From Patescibacteria group bacterium (GTDB lineage Bacteria > Patescibacteriota > Patescibacteriia > XYB2-FULL-38-15): 64,000 bases of DNA. The notes under the pieces are model-generated. The model had not been told where the DNA came from and did not search any database. It saw nothing but the letters and a program-made list of their open reading frames with translations. The translations under genes and the position numbers were made by a program. The stretch is taken from positions 24,466 to 88,465 of the forward strand of contig JBGSRW010000008.1 in NCBI GenBank assembly GCA_041737355.1, in the 5' to 3' direction. This document shows, in pieces, positions 26,919 through 36,397 of this stretch (positions are counted from its first letter, which is position 1; each line of letters opens with the position of its first letter).

Positions 26919-28322
26919 ATGATCACTATTGATTTTAGTTATTTTGAAACGCTTGGAGCCATGTCGCCCCTCGCGATAATGTGGAGGCTTTTTGCTGACG
27001 GAGGATGGGTAATTGTTTTGTGGGTTTTTGTAGGGGGGTTTTGGGCTATTTTTGTAAACTGGCGGCAGTCTCTTTACGGGGCTAAACGCCGTTTTGTTTA
27101 TTTAGCGGTTGATATTCCCAAAACGTCGGAGGACGAGCCCAGTCAATCTCCTCGTGCTGTAGAAAATATTTTTTCTCATCTAGACGGGGCACATGGCACG
27201 GATACTCTCTGGGAGAAGTACTGGGAGGGAAAGACTCAGGATATTTTTAGTTTGGAAATAGTCAGCATTGAAGGCTACATCCAATTTGTTATCCGCACCC
27301 GCGATAAATATCGCGATTTGGTTGAAGCGGCAATCTATGCGCAATATCCAAACGCGGAAATTACCGAGGTCGTTGACTACACCCAATTCGCGCCTAAAAA
27401 ATTTCCCGATCCGGAATGGGAACTTTTCGGTACCGAGTGGATCAACGTAAAACCCGAGGCTTATCCGCTCCGCACTTACCATGACTTTGAAGATCCGGCG
27501 ACCAAGGAATTCAAAGATCCTCTTGCCGCCATGCTTGAAACCATGTCAAAGATGGGCAAGGGTGAACAAATTTGGTTTCAGATAATTATTACGCCGATCA
27601 GTCAGAAAGAATGGAGTCAAAAGGGAGAAAAATTAGTAAAAAAATTAATCGGCTCCAAAGTCGAATCCAAAAAAACCTGGATGAACACGATTGTTGATTT
27701 GCCGGTTAAAGTTGCCGACACGGCCTTGAACCAGATTTTAAGCAGCGAGGAGGGGGTCAAGAAAAAAGAAGATAAAAAGGAAGCATCTTTGATGCAATAT
27801 CTTTCACCGGGTGATAAAATTATGGTGGAGGAAATTGAAAATAAGATTTCCAAGATTGGTTTTAAGACCAAGATAAGAATGATCTATCTTGCGAAGAAGG
27901 AAATTTTTAAAAAAACACGCGCCGCCCATCCGATGATTGGCGCAATGAAACAGCTCAACACTCTCGACGGCCAAAGCTTGAAACCGGAGTATAAGAAAGT
28001 CGGGACATCTGCTCATTATATCTTGGTTAATAAACGGGTTCAGTGGAAGCAAAACAAAATTTTAAGGGCTTATAAGGGGCGGAGCAACTGGCAGGGTCTG
28101 GGTAAGGGGTTTGTTTTGAATATCGAAGAGCTGGCGACCTTGTGGCACTTCCCGGCGGCCTGGATCAAGGCGCCGTCGGTTAAAACGGTTGAGAGTAAAC
28201 GCGGCGTGCCGCCGGTCAATCTTCCGCTTGAACAACCTAGTTTTATGAAACCGATGACTGAGGTAGAACAGGAGCCCAAGGGAAAACCGGAAGAAGTACC
28301 GCCAGAGCTGCCGGTTGTTTAA
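26919..28322 (+). CDS. Hypothetical membrane-anchored protein, partner of the coupling-protein-like ATPase
   Basis: N-terminal TM hairpin (LAIMWRLFADGGWVIVLWVFVGGFWAIFVNW), about 400-aa Lys/Glu-rich soluble domain, no recognisable motif. 10-nt gap to the next gene suggests an operon. Confidence 0.6.
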   Translation: MITIDFSYFETLGAMSPLAIMWRLFADGGWVIVLWVFVGGFWAIFVNWRQSLYGAKRRFVYLAVDIPKTSEDEPSQSPRAVENIFSHLDGAHGTDTLWEKYWEGKTQDIFSLEIVSIEGYIQFVIRTRDKYRDLVEAAIYAQYPNAEITEVVDYTQFAPKKFPDPEWELFGTEWINVKPEAYPLRTYHDFEDPATKEFKDPLAAMLETMSKMGKGEQIWFQIIITPISQKEWSQKGEKLVKKLIGSKVESKKTWMNTIVDLPVKVADTALNQILSSEEGVKKKEDKKEASLMQYLSPGDKIMVEEIENKISKIGFKTKIRMIYLAKKEIFKKTRAAHPMIGAMKQLNTLDGQSLKPEYKKVGTSAHYILVNKRVQWKQNKILRAYKGRSNWQGLGKGFVLNIEELATLWHFPAAWIKAPSVKTVESKRGVPPVNLPLEQPSFMKPMTEVEQEPKGKPEEVPPELPVV

Positions 28323-28331
28323 AAATACAAT

Positions 28332-30329
28332 ATGAGTCATGAGGAAATAGCACTTTTTGCCGAAACAAATTTCCGCGGTGAGCGGAAGCGTTTCGGTATA
28401 AAGACCGACGACCGCCGCCGGCACGTTTATATTATTGGTAAAACCGGTATGGGAAAATCAACCATGCTGGAGAATTTTATTATTTCCGATATCAGAGCGG
28501 GGCACGGCGTCGGCGTGGTTGATCCGCACGGCGATTTGGCTGAGAAAATTTTGGATTTTATTCCTCCGAACAGGGTGAACGACGTGGTTTATTTTAATCC
28601 GGCAGATCTCGATTGGCCGATTGCTTTTAATATTTTGGAGTCAATCGACCCGAGATATAAGCATCTTGTCGCCTCCGGCATGATGGGAGTCTTCAAAAAA
28701 ATCTGGCCCGATGTCTGGTCGGCCAGAATGGAATATATTTTGAATAATACGATTCTCGCGCTTTTGGATTGTCCGGGGTCAACAATGCTCGGGATTAACA
28801 GAATGTTGGCTGACAAAGATTACCGGAAGAAAGTCATTCTTAAATTAAAAGATCCGGTGGTCAAAGCTTTTTGGGTTGATGAGTTTGCCAAATACAACGA
28901 GCGGTTTGCTACCGAAGCCATCGCTCCAATCCAAAATAAGGTTGGCCAATTCCTCTCGGCATCCATTGTCAGAAATATTGTCGGTCAGGTGAAGTCAACG
29001 ATTGACATGCGCGAGATCATGGATAACCAGAAAATTTTTATAATGAATCTTGCGAAAGGAAGAATTGGTGAAGATGCGAGCGCTCTGTTGGGTAATATGC
29101 TTGTTACAAGACTGCAGCTTGCGGCCATGGCACGGGTCGATGTTCCGGAACCGAAGAGAAAAGATTTCTATCTCTACGTTGATGAATTTCAAAATTTTGC
29201 CACTATAAGTTTTGCCAATATTTTATCTGAGGCGAGAAAATACCGCCTGAATCTTATTTTAGCCCATCAATATATTGAACAGCTGGCTGAAGAAGTCGCC
29301 GCTGCCGTTTTCGGAAACGTCGGCACGATTGCTTCTTTTAGGGTCGGGGCGGCCGACGCTGAAGTTTTGGAAAAAGAATTCTCCCCGACTTTCACGGCCG
29401 AAGACCTGGTAAACCTCACAAAATATGATATGTATTTAAAATTGATGATTGACGGCGTGTCTTCATCGCCGTTCTCTGCTATAGGCTTGCCTCCGGTAAT
29501 CGGTTCGACCGGCAACAGGGATAAAGTGATCAGGGTTTCCCGGGAGAGATACGCCAAACCCAAAGAAATTGTTGAAGAAAAAATTATCCGCTGGAGCGGG
29601 GTGCAGATTGCCGGGGAAGAAGAAAAATCAGACGAAGAGATTGAAGCGGAAATTAAAAAATCCATTGGAGAACAAAAAAAGACGGCAGGGGAATTAATGG
29701 AAAAAAGAACAGAAAAAGGAAGTCATGAAGTGTCCGGAGCCGAACTGGAGGCGCGGGCGATTACCGCCCGTGAGGCGATTCTTGAACGGAATAAAGTCCA
29801 AGCTGTTGATTTTCTAAGCCATTTGGAAGAAAAAAAAGAACCGGCCCCTCCGCAAATAATAGTTGAGCCTGCCCCCGTATTTATCCGTCCAACCAATAAA
29901 GTTGATATTAAGCTCGAGCTTAAAAATGAGGTGACTCCGCCAAAAGAGGAACCAAAAAGAGAACCGGCGCCAATCGTGGAAAAAGAAGTGAAGTCATCGC
30001 CGGTCCAAGTGCTTCCGAAAAAAATAGAAGAACCAAAAACTGCCGTCGTCGCACCGGCGGTTATTCCACAATCAAAAACAACGCAAGCGCCGGCCGCCGG
30101 GCAAAATAAGAAAACCCGCGAAGAACTTTTTCCTTACGAAATTAAATGTTCCGCCTGCGGCAAGCCGGACAGGGTTTCCTTCAACCCCGATCCCAACAGA
30201 CCGGTCTACTGTAAGGATTGTCTGAAAATAGAAAGAGAAAAAGAGAGGCTGGCCAAGAAGAATAAAAACGGACCGGGCGGACCGCCAAAAAAGACGGAAG
30301 AAAAATCAGTGGATAATATAAAAGTATAA
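28332..30329 (+). CDS. Type IV secretion coupling-protein-like ATPase (VirD4/TraD/TrwB family) lacking an N-terminal TM domain, with a C-terminal zinc ribbon
   Basis: HVYIIGKTGMGKSTMLENFI...GVGVVDPHGD (Walker A plus TrwB-type context). Walker B YLYVDEFQNF about 240 aa downstream, consistent with an all-alpha insertion. RKYRLNLILAHQYIEQL motif. C-terminal Glu/Lys-rich region, then CSACGKPDRVSFNPDPNRPVYCKDCL. Confidence 0.6.
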   Translation: MSHEEIALFAETNFRGERKRFGIKTDDRRRHVYIIGKTGMGKSTMLENFIISDIRAGHGVGVVDPHGDLAEKILDFIPPNRVNDVVYFNPADLDWPIAFNILESIDPRYKHLVASGMMGVFKKIWPDVWSARMEYILNNTILALLDCPGSTMLGINRMLADKDYRKKVILKLKDPVVKAFWVDEFAKYNERFATEAIAPIQNKVGQFLSASIVRNIVGQVKSTIDMREIMDNQKIFIMNLAKGRIGEDASALLGNMLVTRLQLAAMARVDVPEPKRKDFYLYVDEFQNFATISFANILSEARKYRLNLILAHQYIEQLAEEVAAAVFGNVGTIASFRVGAADAEVLEKEFSPTFTAEDLVNLTKYDMYLKLMIDGVSSSPFSAIGLPPVIGSTGNRDKVIRVSRERYAKPKEIVEEKIIRWSGVQIAGEEEKSDEEIEAEIKKSIGEQKKTAGELMEKRTEKGSHEVSGAELEARAITAREAILERNKVQAVDFLSHLEEKKEPAPPQIIVEPAPVFIRPTNKVDIKLELKNEVTPPKEEPKREPAPIVEKEVKSSPVQVLPKKIEEPKTAVVAPAVIPQSKTTQAPAAGQNKKTREELFPYEIKCSACGKPDRVSFNPDPNRPVYCKDCLKIEREKERLAKKNKNGPGGPPKKTEEKSVDNIKV

Positions 30330-30330
30330 A

Positions 30331-30358
30331 AACAAGCCCTTGAAGGGCTTGTTTTTAT
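30331..30358 (+). terminator. Rho-independent terminator
   Basis: AACAAGCCC-TTGAA-GGGCTTGTT hairpin followed by TTT. Confidence 0.7.
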
Positions 30359-30376
30359 GTGGTAGGATAGGCTGAT

Positions 30377-30928
30377 ATGAATATCGGAAAACCAAAATTA
30401 TTGCTTCATGTTTGCTGCGGAGTTTGCGGATCGTGGGTTATAAAAAAACTTTCCCGCGATTTCGAAACCTGCCTTTATTTTTTTAATCCGAATATCCATC
30501 CCGAAGAAGAGTATAGGCGGAGGCTTGACGCGGTAAAAAGGGTAGCCGACGAAATTGGCGCGGAATTGGTTTTGGGGAAATACCAGCCCGACGGATGGCT
30601 TACCTTGGTGCGCGGCCGGGAAGCCGACCCGGAAGGCGGTGAGCGCTGCGAAATGTGTTTTGGCCTTCGCCTCGGCGAGGCGGCAAAATATGCCAAAGAA
30701 CACGGTTTTGAATATTTTGCCTCAACATTGACGGTCGGGAGAAATAAAAAGGCATCAGTGATAAATCCGCTGGGTGAAAAATGGGCAAAACAGTTCGGTC
30801 TCACGTTCTTGGCGGAAGATTTCAAAAAACGCGGCGGGCAGGAAAAGACGCACGAAGAATCGCACCGCCTTAATTTATACCGTCAAAATTATTGCGGCTG
30901 TCTCTACTCAATGAGAAAAGGTGCTTGA
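30377..30928 (+). CDS. queH: Epoxyqueuosine reductase QueH (DUF208)
   Basis: LLLHVCCGVCGS N-terminal motif and C-terminal YRQNYCGCLYS. 183 aa. Confidence 0.8.
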   Translation: MNIGKPKLLLHVCCGVCGSWVIKKLSRDFETCLYFFNPNIHPEEEYRRRLDAVKRVADEIGAELVLGKYQPDGWLTLVRGREADPEGGERCEMCFGLRLGEAAKYAKEHGFEYFASTLTVGRNKKASVINPLGEKWAKQFGLTFLAEDFKKRGGQEKTHEESHRLNLYRQNYCGCLYSMRKGA

Positions 30929-30953
30929 CAAAATAAATTTTTTAATATAAAAC
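30925..30953 (+). promoter_or_regulatory. TTGACA-type promoter (CTTGACAAAAT...TATAAA) overlapping the queH stop
   Basis: TTGACA at 30925-30930; TATAAA or TAAAAC at 15-17 nt spacing. Followed by RBS GGAGGAGGGAG. Confidence 0.35.
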
Positions 30954-30971
30954 TCTTCGGAGGAGGGAGAA

Positions 30972-31271
30972 ATGTGGGACGAGGATATTACCGACGAAAA
31001 GTCGGTACGTTGGAAGGATTCCAAAAACGCCGAAATTTTCGGCAGCGATCAGGAACCGTTTCCAGTCGCAAGGGTGCGGGAAGATGAATGCGTTCCCGTC
31101 TGTACTTGCGCCGGCAGGGGCGGCAGTTTATTCAACGGCGGACATAGTCCGCGTTGTGAAATCCGGACGAAAAAAGTCGTGGGGACTTTCGTAACGGTTT
31201 TGATGAACGGCCGGCACCGGTCGTTTCCCGAGGAATTGTTTGAAGTCGCGCCCAGACCGTGGGGGAAATAG
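30972..31271 (+). CDS. Hypothetical small Cys-containing protein (99 aa), stand-alone unit
   Basis: Own promoter, strong RBS and terminator. ECVPVCTCAG...SPRCE. Higher GC than the backbone. Confidence 0.5.
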   Translation: MWDEDITDEKSVRWKDSKNAEIFGSDQEPFPVARVREDECVPVCTCAGRGGSLFNGGHSPRCEIRTKKVVGTFVTVLMNGRHRSFPEELFEVAPRPWGK

Positions 31272-31276
31272 TTTTC

Positions 31277-31306
31277 GCGATGGCTTAAGCGCCGTCGCTT
31301 TTTTTA
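31277..31306 (+). terminator. Rho-independent terminator
   Basis: GCGATGGC-TTAAGC-GCCGTCGC (with one G-U pair) followed by TTTTTTT. Confidence 0.6.
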
Positions 31307-31344
31307 TTTACAAACAAAAGAATTTATTGTAAGATTAGATAAAT

Positions 31345-32406
31345 ATGAAAGAAAAAAAAGGAAAAGTAATAGTTGCTATGTCGGGCGGAGTTGATTCCTC
31401 GGTCGCGGCCGCACTTTTGAAAAAACAAGGGTTTGACGTTGTCGGAATTTTTATGCGGTTTTGGGCGGCGCCGGACGAGGAAGCTTCCGAAGCCACAAAC
31501 AAATGTTGTTCTCTGGAGGCATATAATGATGCGCGGCGGGTGGCGAATAAACTCGGCATTCCGCTTTATACGTTGAACATGAAAGTCCCGTTCAAGAAAT
31601 TGGTTGTCGATTATTTTTTAAAAGAATACCAGGCAGGCCGAACGCCGAATCCTTGTGTGGAATGCAATAGGTTTATAAAATTAGGCGAACTATTGCGCAA
31701 GGCAAAGGCGCTAGGCGCGGATTATGTTGCTACCGGACATTACGCAAAAGTCCGCGGCAAAAAATTGTTGAAAGGAAGAGACCGGGAAAAAGATCAGTCA
31801 TATTTTTTGTATACTTTGACGCAAGATAAACTGAAACATATTCTTTTTCCGGTAGGGGATTATGTGAAACCAAAAGTAAGGCAAATAGCAAAAAATTTCG
31901 GTTTGCCGGTCCACGCCAAAAAAGATAGCCAGGAAGTTTGCTTTGTCGGAGCGAGTTTAAAAAATTTCTTGAAAAAATATTTGAAGGTTAAGAGTGGAAA
32001 AATTTTGGAGACGGCAACTGGTAAAGTTCTTGGTGATCATGATGGACTTCCGTTTTACACAATCGGCCAGAGAAAAGGATTGAAGCTTGGCGGCGGGCCG
32101 TGGTATGTGGTTAGTATGGATAGGAAGCGGAACGCGCTTTTTGTTGGCCGTGACGAAAGGAAGCTGTTGGTAAAAGAACTAACAACTGGAAAAGTGAATT
32201 GGATCGCGGGCGGGGAGCCCAAGCTGCCGCTTCGCGTGAAAGTGAAAATTAGGTACAAACATAAAGAAGCGCCGTGCGTAATCAAAAAAATAAAAAATAA
32301 TTATAAAATAATTTTTAGCAAACCGCAGAGAGCCGTCACGCCCGGCCAGTCGGCTGTATTTTATCGCGGCGACGAGGTACTCGGCGGGGGAATTATAAAG
32401 GGTTAA
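31345..32406 (+). CDS. mnmA: tRNA 2-thiouridine(34) synthase MnmA
   Basis: PP-loop VIVAMSGGVDSSVAA, catalytic Cys residues, 353 aa. Confidence 0.9.
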   Translation: MKEKKGKVIVAMSGGVDSSVAAALLKKQGFDVVGIFMRFWAAPDEEASEATNKCCSLEAYNDARRVANKLGIPLYTLNMKVPFKKLVVDYFLKEYQAGRTPNPCVECNRFIKLGELLRKAKALGADYVATGHYAKVRGKKLLKGRDREKDQSYFLYTLTQDKLKHILFPVGDYVKPKVRQIAKNFGLPVHAKKDSQEVCFVGASLKNFLKKYLKVKSGKILETATGKVLGDHDGLPFYTIGQRKGLKLGGGPWYVVSMDRKRNALFVGRDERKLLVKELTTGKVNWIAGGEPKLPLRVKVKIRYKHKEAPCVIKKIKNNYKIIFSKPQRAVTPGQSAVFYRGDEVLGGGIIKG

Positions 32407-32486
32407 AACCCTGTGTTATCTGCGCTCGTTCGGAAATGGAATTAATATTTCATTTCCCTCGCTCGCTTGATAATAAAATAAAATCT

Positions 32487-34232
32487 ATGACAGCTTCAGA
32501 ACTTAGAAAAAAATATCTGGATTTTTTTAAAGAAAAGAAGCACTCCGTGCTGCCTTCGGCACCTTTGATTCCGGAAAACGATCCGACTGTTTTATTTACT
32601 ACCGCCGGTATGCATCCCTTGGTCCCGTTTTTACTCGGCGAAAAACATCCGGCAGGCAAACGTTTGGCGAGCGTGCAGAAATGCATTCGCACCGGCGATA
32701 TTGATGAGGTTGGAGACAATTGGCATTTAACCTTTTTTGAAATGCTTGGTAACTGGTCGCTTGGCGATTATTTTAAAGAAGAGGCAATTAAATGGAGTTG
32801 GGAGTTTTTAACCGATAAAAAATGGCTTGGGCTTGATCAGAAAAATTTGGCAGTTTCGGTTTTTGCCGGAGACGAAGACGCTCCTTTCGATAATGAAGCG
32901 TACGACCTTTGGCGCGATTTGGGTATTTCCGAAGGGAGAATCGCCAAATTGGGGAAGGAAGATAATTGGTGGGGACCGGCCGGAAAAACCGGGCCGTGCG
33001 GGCCGGATACGGAAATGTTTTATTGGGCAGGCGTTGGCGAAGCTCCGAAGAATTTTGATCCGCAAAATAAAAATTGGGTGGAGATATGGAACGATGTTTT
33101 TATGCAATACAACAAAACCGCCGAAGGAAAATACGAACCGCTGGCTCAGAAGAATATTGATACCGGGATGGGGCTTGAGCGGACAATCGCGGTTTTAGGA
33201 GGTAAAAAAAATATTTACGAAACTGAAATTTTAGCGCCGCTTGTGGCCGAAATTAGAAGAATGGCCGGAGGGGGCGGGGAAGAAAAATCAATCAGAATTC
33301 TTGCCGATCATGTCCGGGCGGCAACTTTTGTGCTTGGCGATCCGATCGGAGTCGTTCCATCAAATATCGGTCAGGGGTACATTTTGCGCCGGTTTATCCG
33401 CCGGGCAATCCGCCATGCCAAAAAACTCGGAATCGACACTAAAGAAAATGTAGCCGTGCCTTTAGCCGAGATAGTGATTGATCTTTACAAGGATGATTAT
33501 CCAGAATTGGCGGAGAAAAAAGATAAAATTTTAAATGAACTGCAGAAAGAAGAGGATAAATTTGATAAAACTCTGGAAAAAGGGCTTAAAGAATTCGAGA
33601 GGTTAGAAAAAATTACCGGCAAAGATGCCTTTAATCTTTTTACCACTTATGGTTTCCCCCTGGAGTTAACAACGGAATTAGCAAAAGATAAGGGCGTGCA
33701 AGTTGATGTTAAAGAGTTTGAAGAAGAATTTAAGAAGCATCAGGAACTTTCGCGTACCGCTTCGGCCGGACAATTCAAGGGAGGTCTGGCTGATTCGTCG
33801 GATGAAGTGAAACGGCTGCATACGGCAGCGCACTTAATGCTCGCGGCCTTGCGTAAAGTTTTAGGCGATCATGTGGAGCAGAGAGGCAGTAACATTACGG
33901 CCGAACGGCTGCGCTTTGATTTTTCCCATCCGCAAAAAATGACGCCGGAAGAAATTAAAAAAGTTGAAGATTTGGTCAATGAGCAAATAAAAAATAATGT
34001 CCCGATTGTTTGTGAAGTCACGACTGTCGATGAGGCCAAGAAAAAAGGCGCGATGGGAATTTTTGGAAATAAGTATGGCGAAAAAGTGAAGGTTTATTCG
34101 GCTGGAGATTTCAGCAAAGAAATCTGCGGCGGGCCGCATGCCAATAGTACCGGGGAGTTGGGGCAATTCAAAGTTATCAAGGAAGAGGCCTCAAGCGCCG
34201 GAATAAGGAGAATTAAAGCCATTTTGTCATAA
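32487..34232 (+). CDS. alaS: Alanyl-tRNA synthetase, short form (catalytic, tRNA-recognition and editing domains; no C-Ala domain)
   Basis: FTTAGMHPLVP...VQKCIRTGDIDEVGDNWHLTFFEMLGNWSLGDYFK catalytic core. Editing motif HTAAHLMLAAL...RLRFDFSH. Ends about 280 aa short of canonical AlaRS. Start taken as ATG 32487 (MTASELRKKYLDFF). Confidence 0.85.
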   Translation: MTASELRKKYLDFFKEKKHSVLPSAPLIPENDPTVLFTTAGMHPLVPFLLGEKHPAGKRLASVQKCIRTGDIDEVGDNWHLTFFEMLGNWSLGDYFKEEAIKWSWEFLTDKKWLGLDQKNLAVSVFAGDEDAPFDNEAYDLWRDLGISEGRIAKLGKEDNWWGPAGKTGPCGPDTEMFYWAGVGEAPKNFDPQNKNWVEIWNDVFMQYNKTAEGKYEPLAQKNIDTGMGLERTIAVLGGKKNIYETEILAPLVAEIRRMAGGGGEEKSIRILADHVRAATFVLGDPIGVVPSNIGQGYILRRFIRRAIRHAKKLGIDTKENVAVPLAEIVIDLYKDDYPELAEKKDKILNELQKEEDKFDKTLEKGLKEFERLEKITGKDAFNLFTTYGFPLELTTELAKDKGVQVDVKEFEEEFKKHQELSRTASAGQFKGGLADSSDEVKRLHTAAHLMLAALRKVLGDHVEQRGSNITAERLRFDFSHPQKMTPEEIKKVEDLVNEQIKNNVPIVCEVTTVDEAKKKGAMGIFGNKYGEKVKVYSAGDFSKEICGGPHANSTGELGQFKVIKEEASSAGIRRIKAILS

Positions 34233-34281
34233 GGCGTTGGGGGAGTATTTGACATTAAATTGGATATCCACTAAAATAAGC

Positions 34282-34310
34282 TTGACACCTTTTAAGGGAG
34301 ATAATATAAT
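34282..34310 (+). promoter_or_regulatory. Canonical sigma70 promoter TTGACA-17-TATAAT upstream of infA
   Basis: TTGACA 34282-34287, 17-nt spacer, TATAAT 34305-34310. About 185-nt leader with GC hairpins (GACGGCG-CT-CGCCGTC, CCGCC-TCA-GGCGG). Confidence 0.55.
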
Positions 34311-34496
34311 AGTTTCAGCGGTAAAACAACTGAATTTTTTGGAACTGGGGACTCGAAAAGAGGATTCCGGGTTCTGCGGTTTTTGTTTTAGTTATCAAAG
34401 ATAAAGAGTATCAAACTCTGTGTTGACGGCGCTCGCCGTCCGCCTCAGGCGGATCTCGCTCGCTTGTCAATAAAATTAAAAAAAGCAAACCGCCTT

Positions 34497-34721
34497 ATGG
34501 TTCAAGACAAAAGTAAGGAGTTTATCGAAGTTACCGGCCAGGTTGAGGAACTTTTGCCGGCTGCCACTTTTAAAATTAAATTGGACGACGGCCACGTGAT
34601 TTTGGGGCATCTTTCGGGAAAGATGAGATTGCACAAAATCAGGCTTCTTCCCGGAGATAAAGTGAAAGTGGAGATGACCCCGTACGACTTAACCAAGGGA
34701 AGGGTTGTTTACAGATTTTAA
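34497..34721 (+). CDS. infA: Translation initiation factor IF-1
   Basis: [63 protein letters not shown] is the S1-like IF-1 fold. Confidence 0.9.
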   Translation: MVQDKSKEFIEVTGQVEELLPAATFKIKLDDGHVILGHLSGKMRLHKIRLLPGDKVKVEMTPYDLTKGRVVYRF

Positions 34722-34728
34722 TAAAATT

Positions 34729-34842
34729 ATGAAAGTCAGAGCTTCAGTCAAAAAAATTTGCCCAGCTTGTAAGATTGTTAAACGCGGAAAGCGCATTTTT
34801 GTAATTTGTAAAACCCCTAAACATAAGCAACGACAAGGTTAA
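34729..34842 (+). CDS. rpmJ: 50S ribosomal protein L36
   Basis: [37 protein letters not shown], 37 aa, Zn-ribbon CxxC...C..H. Below the ORF-track length cutoff. Confidence 0.85.
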   Translation: MKVRASVKKICPACKIVKRGKRIFVICKTPKHKQRQG

Positions 34843-34853
34843 TTATCATACTT

Positions 34854-35246
34854 ATGGTTGTAAGAATAGCGGGATTAATTATCCCTCCGAACAAAAGAAT
34901 AGAAATTGCCCTGGCCTACCTTTACGGGATTGGTCCGTCTCAGGCAAAGAAAATTTTAGCTTCAGCCAAAATAAACCCTGATACGAGAACACAGGCCCTG
35001 ACCGAAGATGAGGTCGGGAAACTGAGAGAAATTATAGAAAAAAATTATAAGGTAGAGGGAGATTTAAAAAGAGATGTTTTTAGCAATATAAAACGGTTGA
35101 AAGAAATCGGATCATATCGGGGCATGAGACACGCCCGCAGCCTTCCGGTCCGCGGCCAGCGTACGAAAACTAATTCACGGACAGTCCGTGGCAACGTCAG
35201 AAGAACAATGGGCAGCGGCAGAAAACCGGCCGGACAAAAAACATAA
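34854..35246 (+). CDS. rpsM: 30S ribosomal protein S13
   Basis: [24 protein letters not shown]...[23 protein letters not shown]. Confidence 0.9.
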   Translation: MVVRIAGLIIPPNKRIEIALAYLYGIGPSQAKKILASAKINPDTRTQALTEDEVGKLREIIEKNYKVEGDLKRDVFSNIKRLKEIGSYRGMRHARSLPVRGQRTKTNSRTVRGNVRRTMGSGRKPAGQKT

Positions 35247-35256
35247 TTTATAATTT

Positions 35257-35730
35257 ATGACAGACGAACAAGTAAAAAATAATGAAGCGGTGAACACCGA
35301 GGAAAAAAAAGCCTCAGGCAAGGCCGAAACCGCCGAAACAAAAGTCAAGACCGCCAAACCAAGAAAGAAAAAAGTCGTCAGACATGTTCCGATCGGCAGG
35401 GCTTATATTCAGGCAACATACAATAACACTATAGTTACTTTAACCGATCAAAACGGCAATGTGCTCAGCTGGTCGAGTTCCGGAATGTGCGGGTTTAAGG
35501 GACCGAAAAAATCCACCCCATATGCTTCTGGCATTGTGGTTAAAGACGCGGCCGATAAGGTTATTGATTACGGGCTTAAGGAACTAATTGTTTTCGTTAA
35601 AGGCGTCGGCCAGGGCCGGGAAGCGGCTGTAAGAGCTTTGAACGCCAACGGGTTCAATATTTTATCCATTAAAGATATGACTCCGATACCGCATAACGGT
35701 TGTCGGTCTCCTAAACCTAGGAGAGTATAA
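35257..35730 (+). CDS. rpsK: 30S ribosomal protein S11 with N-terminal Lys/Glu-rich extension
   Basis: [30 protein letters not shown] core. About 40-aa N-terminal extension. Confidence 0.9.
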   Translation: MTDEQVKNNEAVNTEEKKASGKAETAETKVKTAKPRKKKVVRHVPIGRAYIQATYNNTIVTLTDQNGNVLSWSSSGMCGFKGPKKSTPYASGIVVKDAADKVIDYGLKELIVFVKGVGQGREAAVRALNANGFNILSIKDMTPIPHNGCRSPKPRRV

Positions 35731-35737
35731 CAGAAAT

Positions 35738-36367
35738 ATGGCAAGAAATTTAAAAGCAAGATGCGCAAGATGCCGTAGGGAGGGAGAAAAGCTCTTTTTG
35801 AAGGGTGAGCGTTGCTATATGACAAAATGCGGCGCTGTCCGCCGGCCATTTCCTCCGGGAATGCATGGACCTAAGGGAAAAATCAGGTTAACCGGTTACG
35901 GAATACAGCTCCGGGAAAAACAAAAGGCGAAACAAATTTACGGAATTCTGGAAAGACAATTCAGAAATTATTTTGATAAATCAAGTAAAAAGACCGGCGA
36001 TACGAGCGAATTTTTGCTTCAGCTTTTGGAGATGAGGCTTGATAACACTGTTTATCGCTTGGGTTTTGGAAAATCGCGCCAGCAGGCCAGACAGCTTGTC
36101 AACCACGGCCTTTTCTTTGTAAACGGAAAAAAGGTTTCAATTCCTGCTTATCAGGTTAAGGTTGGCGATATAATCTCAATAAAGCCGAGCGCGGCCAACA
36201 AGAAAGTTTTTCAGAATTTGCCGCAAACTCTTCAAAAATACGAAGCTCCCATCTGGCTTTCCTTGGATACCACCAAGCTTGAGGGCAAGGTTGTCCGCAA
36301 GCCGACCAAGGAAGACGTTAAAACTCAATTTGATATCAAAGTGATCATTGAATTTTATTCTCGCTAA
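35738..36367 (+). CDS. rpsD: 30S ribosomal protein S4
   Basis: CRRCRREGEKLFLKGERC...RLDNTVYRLGF, 209 aa. Confidence 0.9.
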   Translation: MARNLKARCARCRREGEKLFLKGERCYMTKCGAVRRPFPPGMHGPKGKIRLTGYGIQLREKQKAKQIYGILERQFRNYFDKSSKKTGDTSEFLLQLLEMRLDNTVYRLGFGKSRQQARQLVNHGLFFVNGKKVSIPAYQVKVGDIISIKPSAANKKVFQNLPQTLQKYEAPIWLSLDTTKLEGKVVRKPTKEDVKTQFDIKVIIEFYSR

Positions 36368-36397
36368 TAAATTAAAAGAGTTTTTAAAAATTTTATT

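Noticed and set aside
34316-34400. Possible small RNA with terminator directly downstream of the infA promoter (…CCGGGTTCTGCGGTTTTTGTTTT)
   Set aside because: The stem preceding the T-run is only 3 bp. More likely part of the infA leader.
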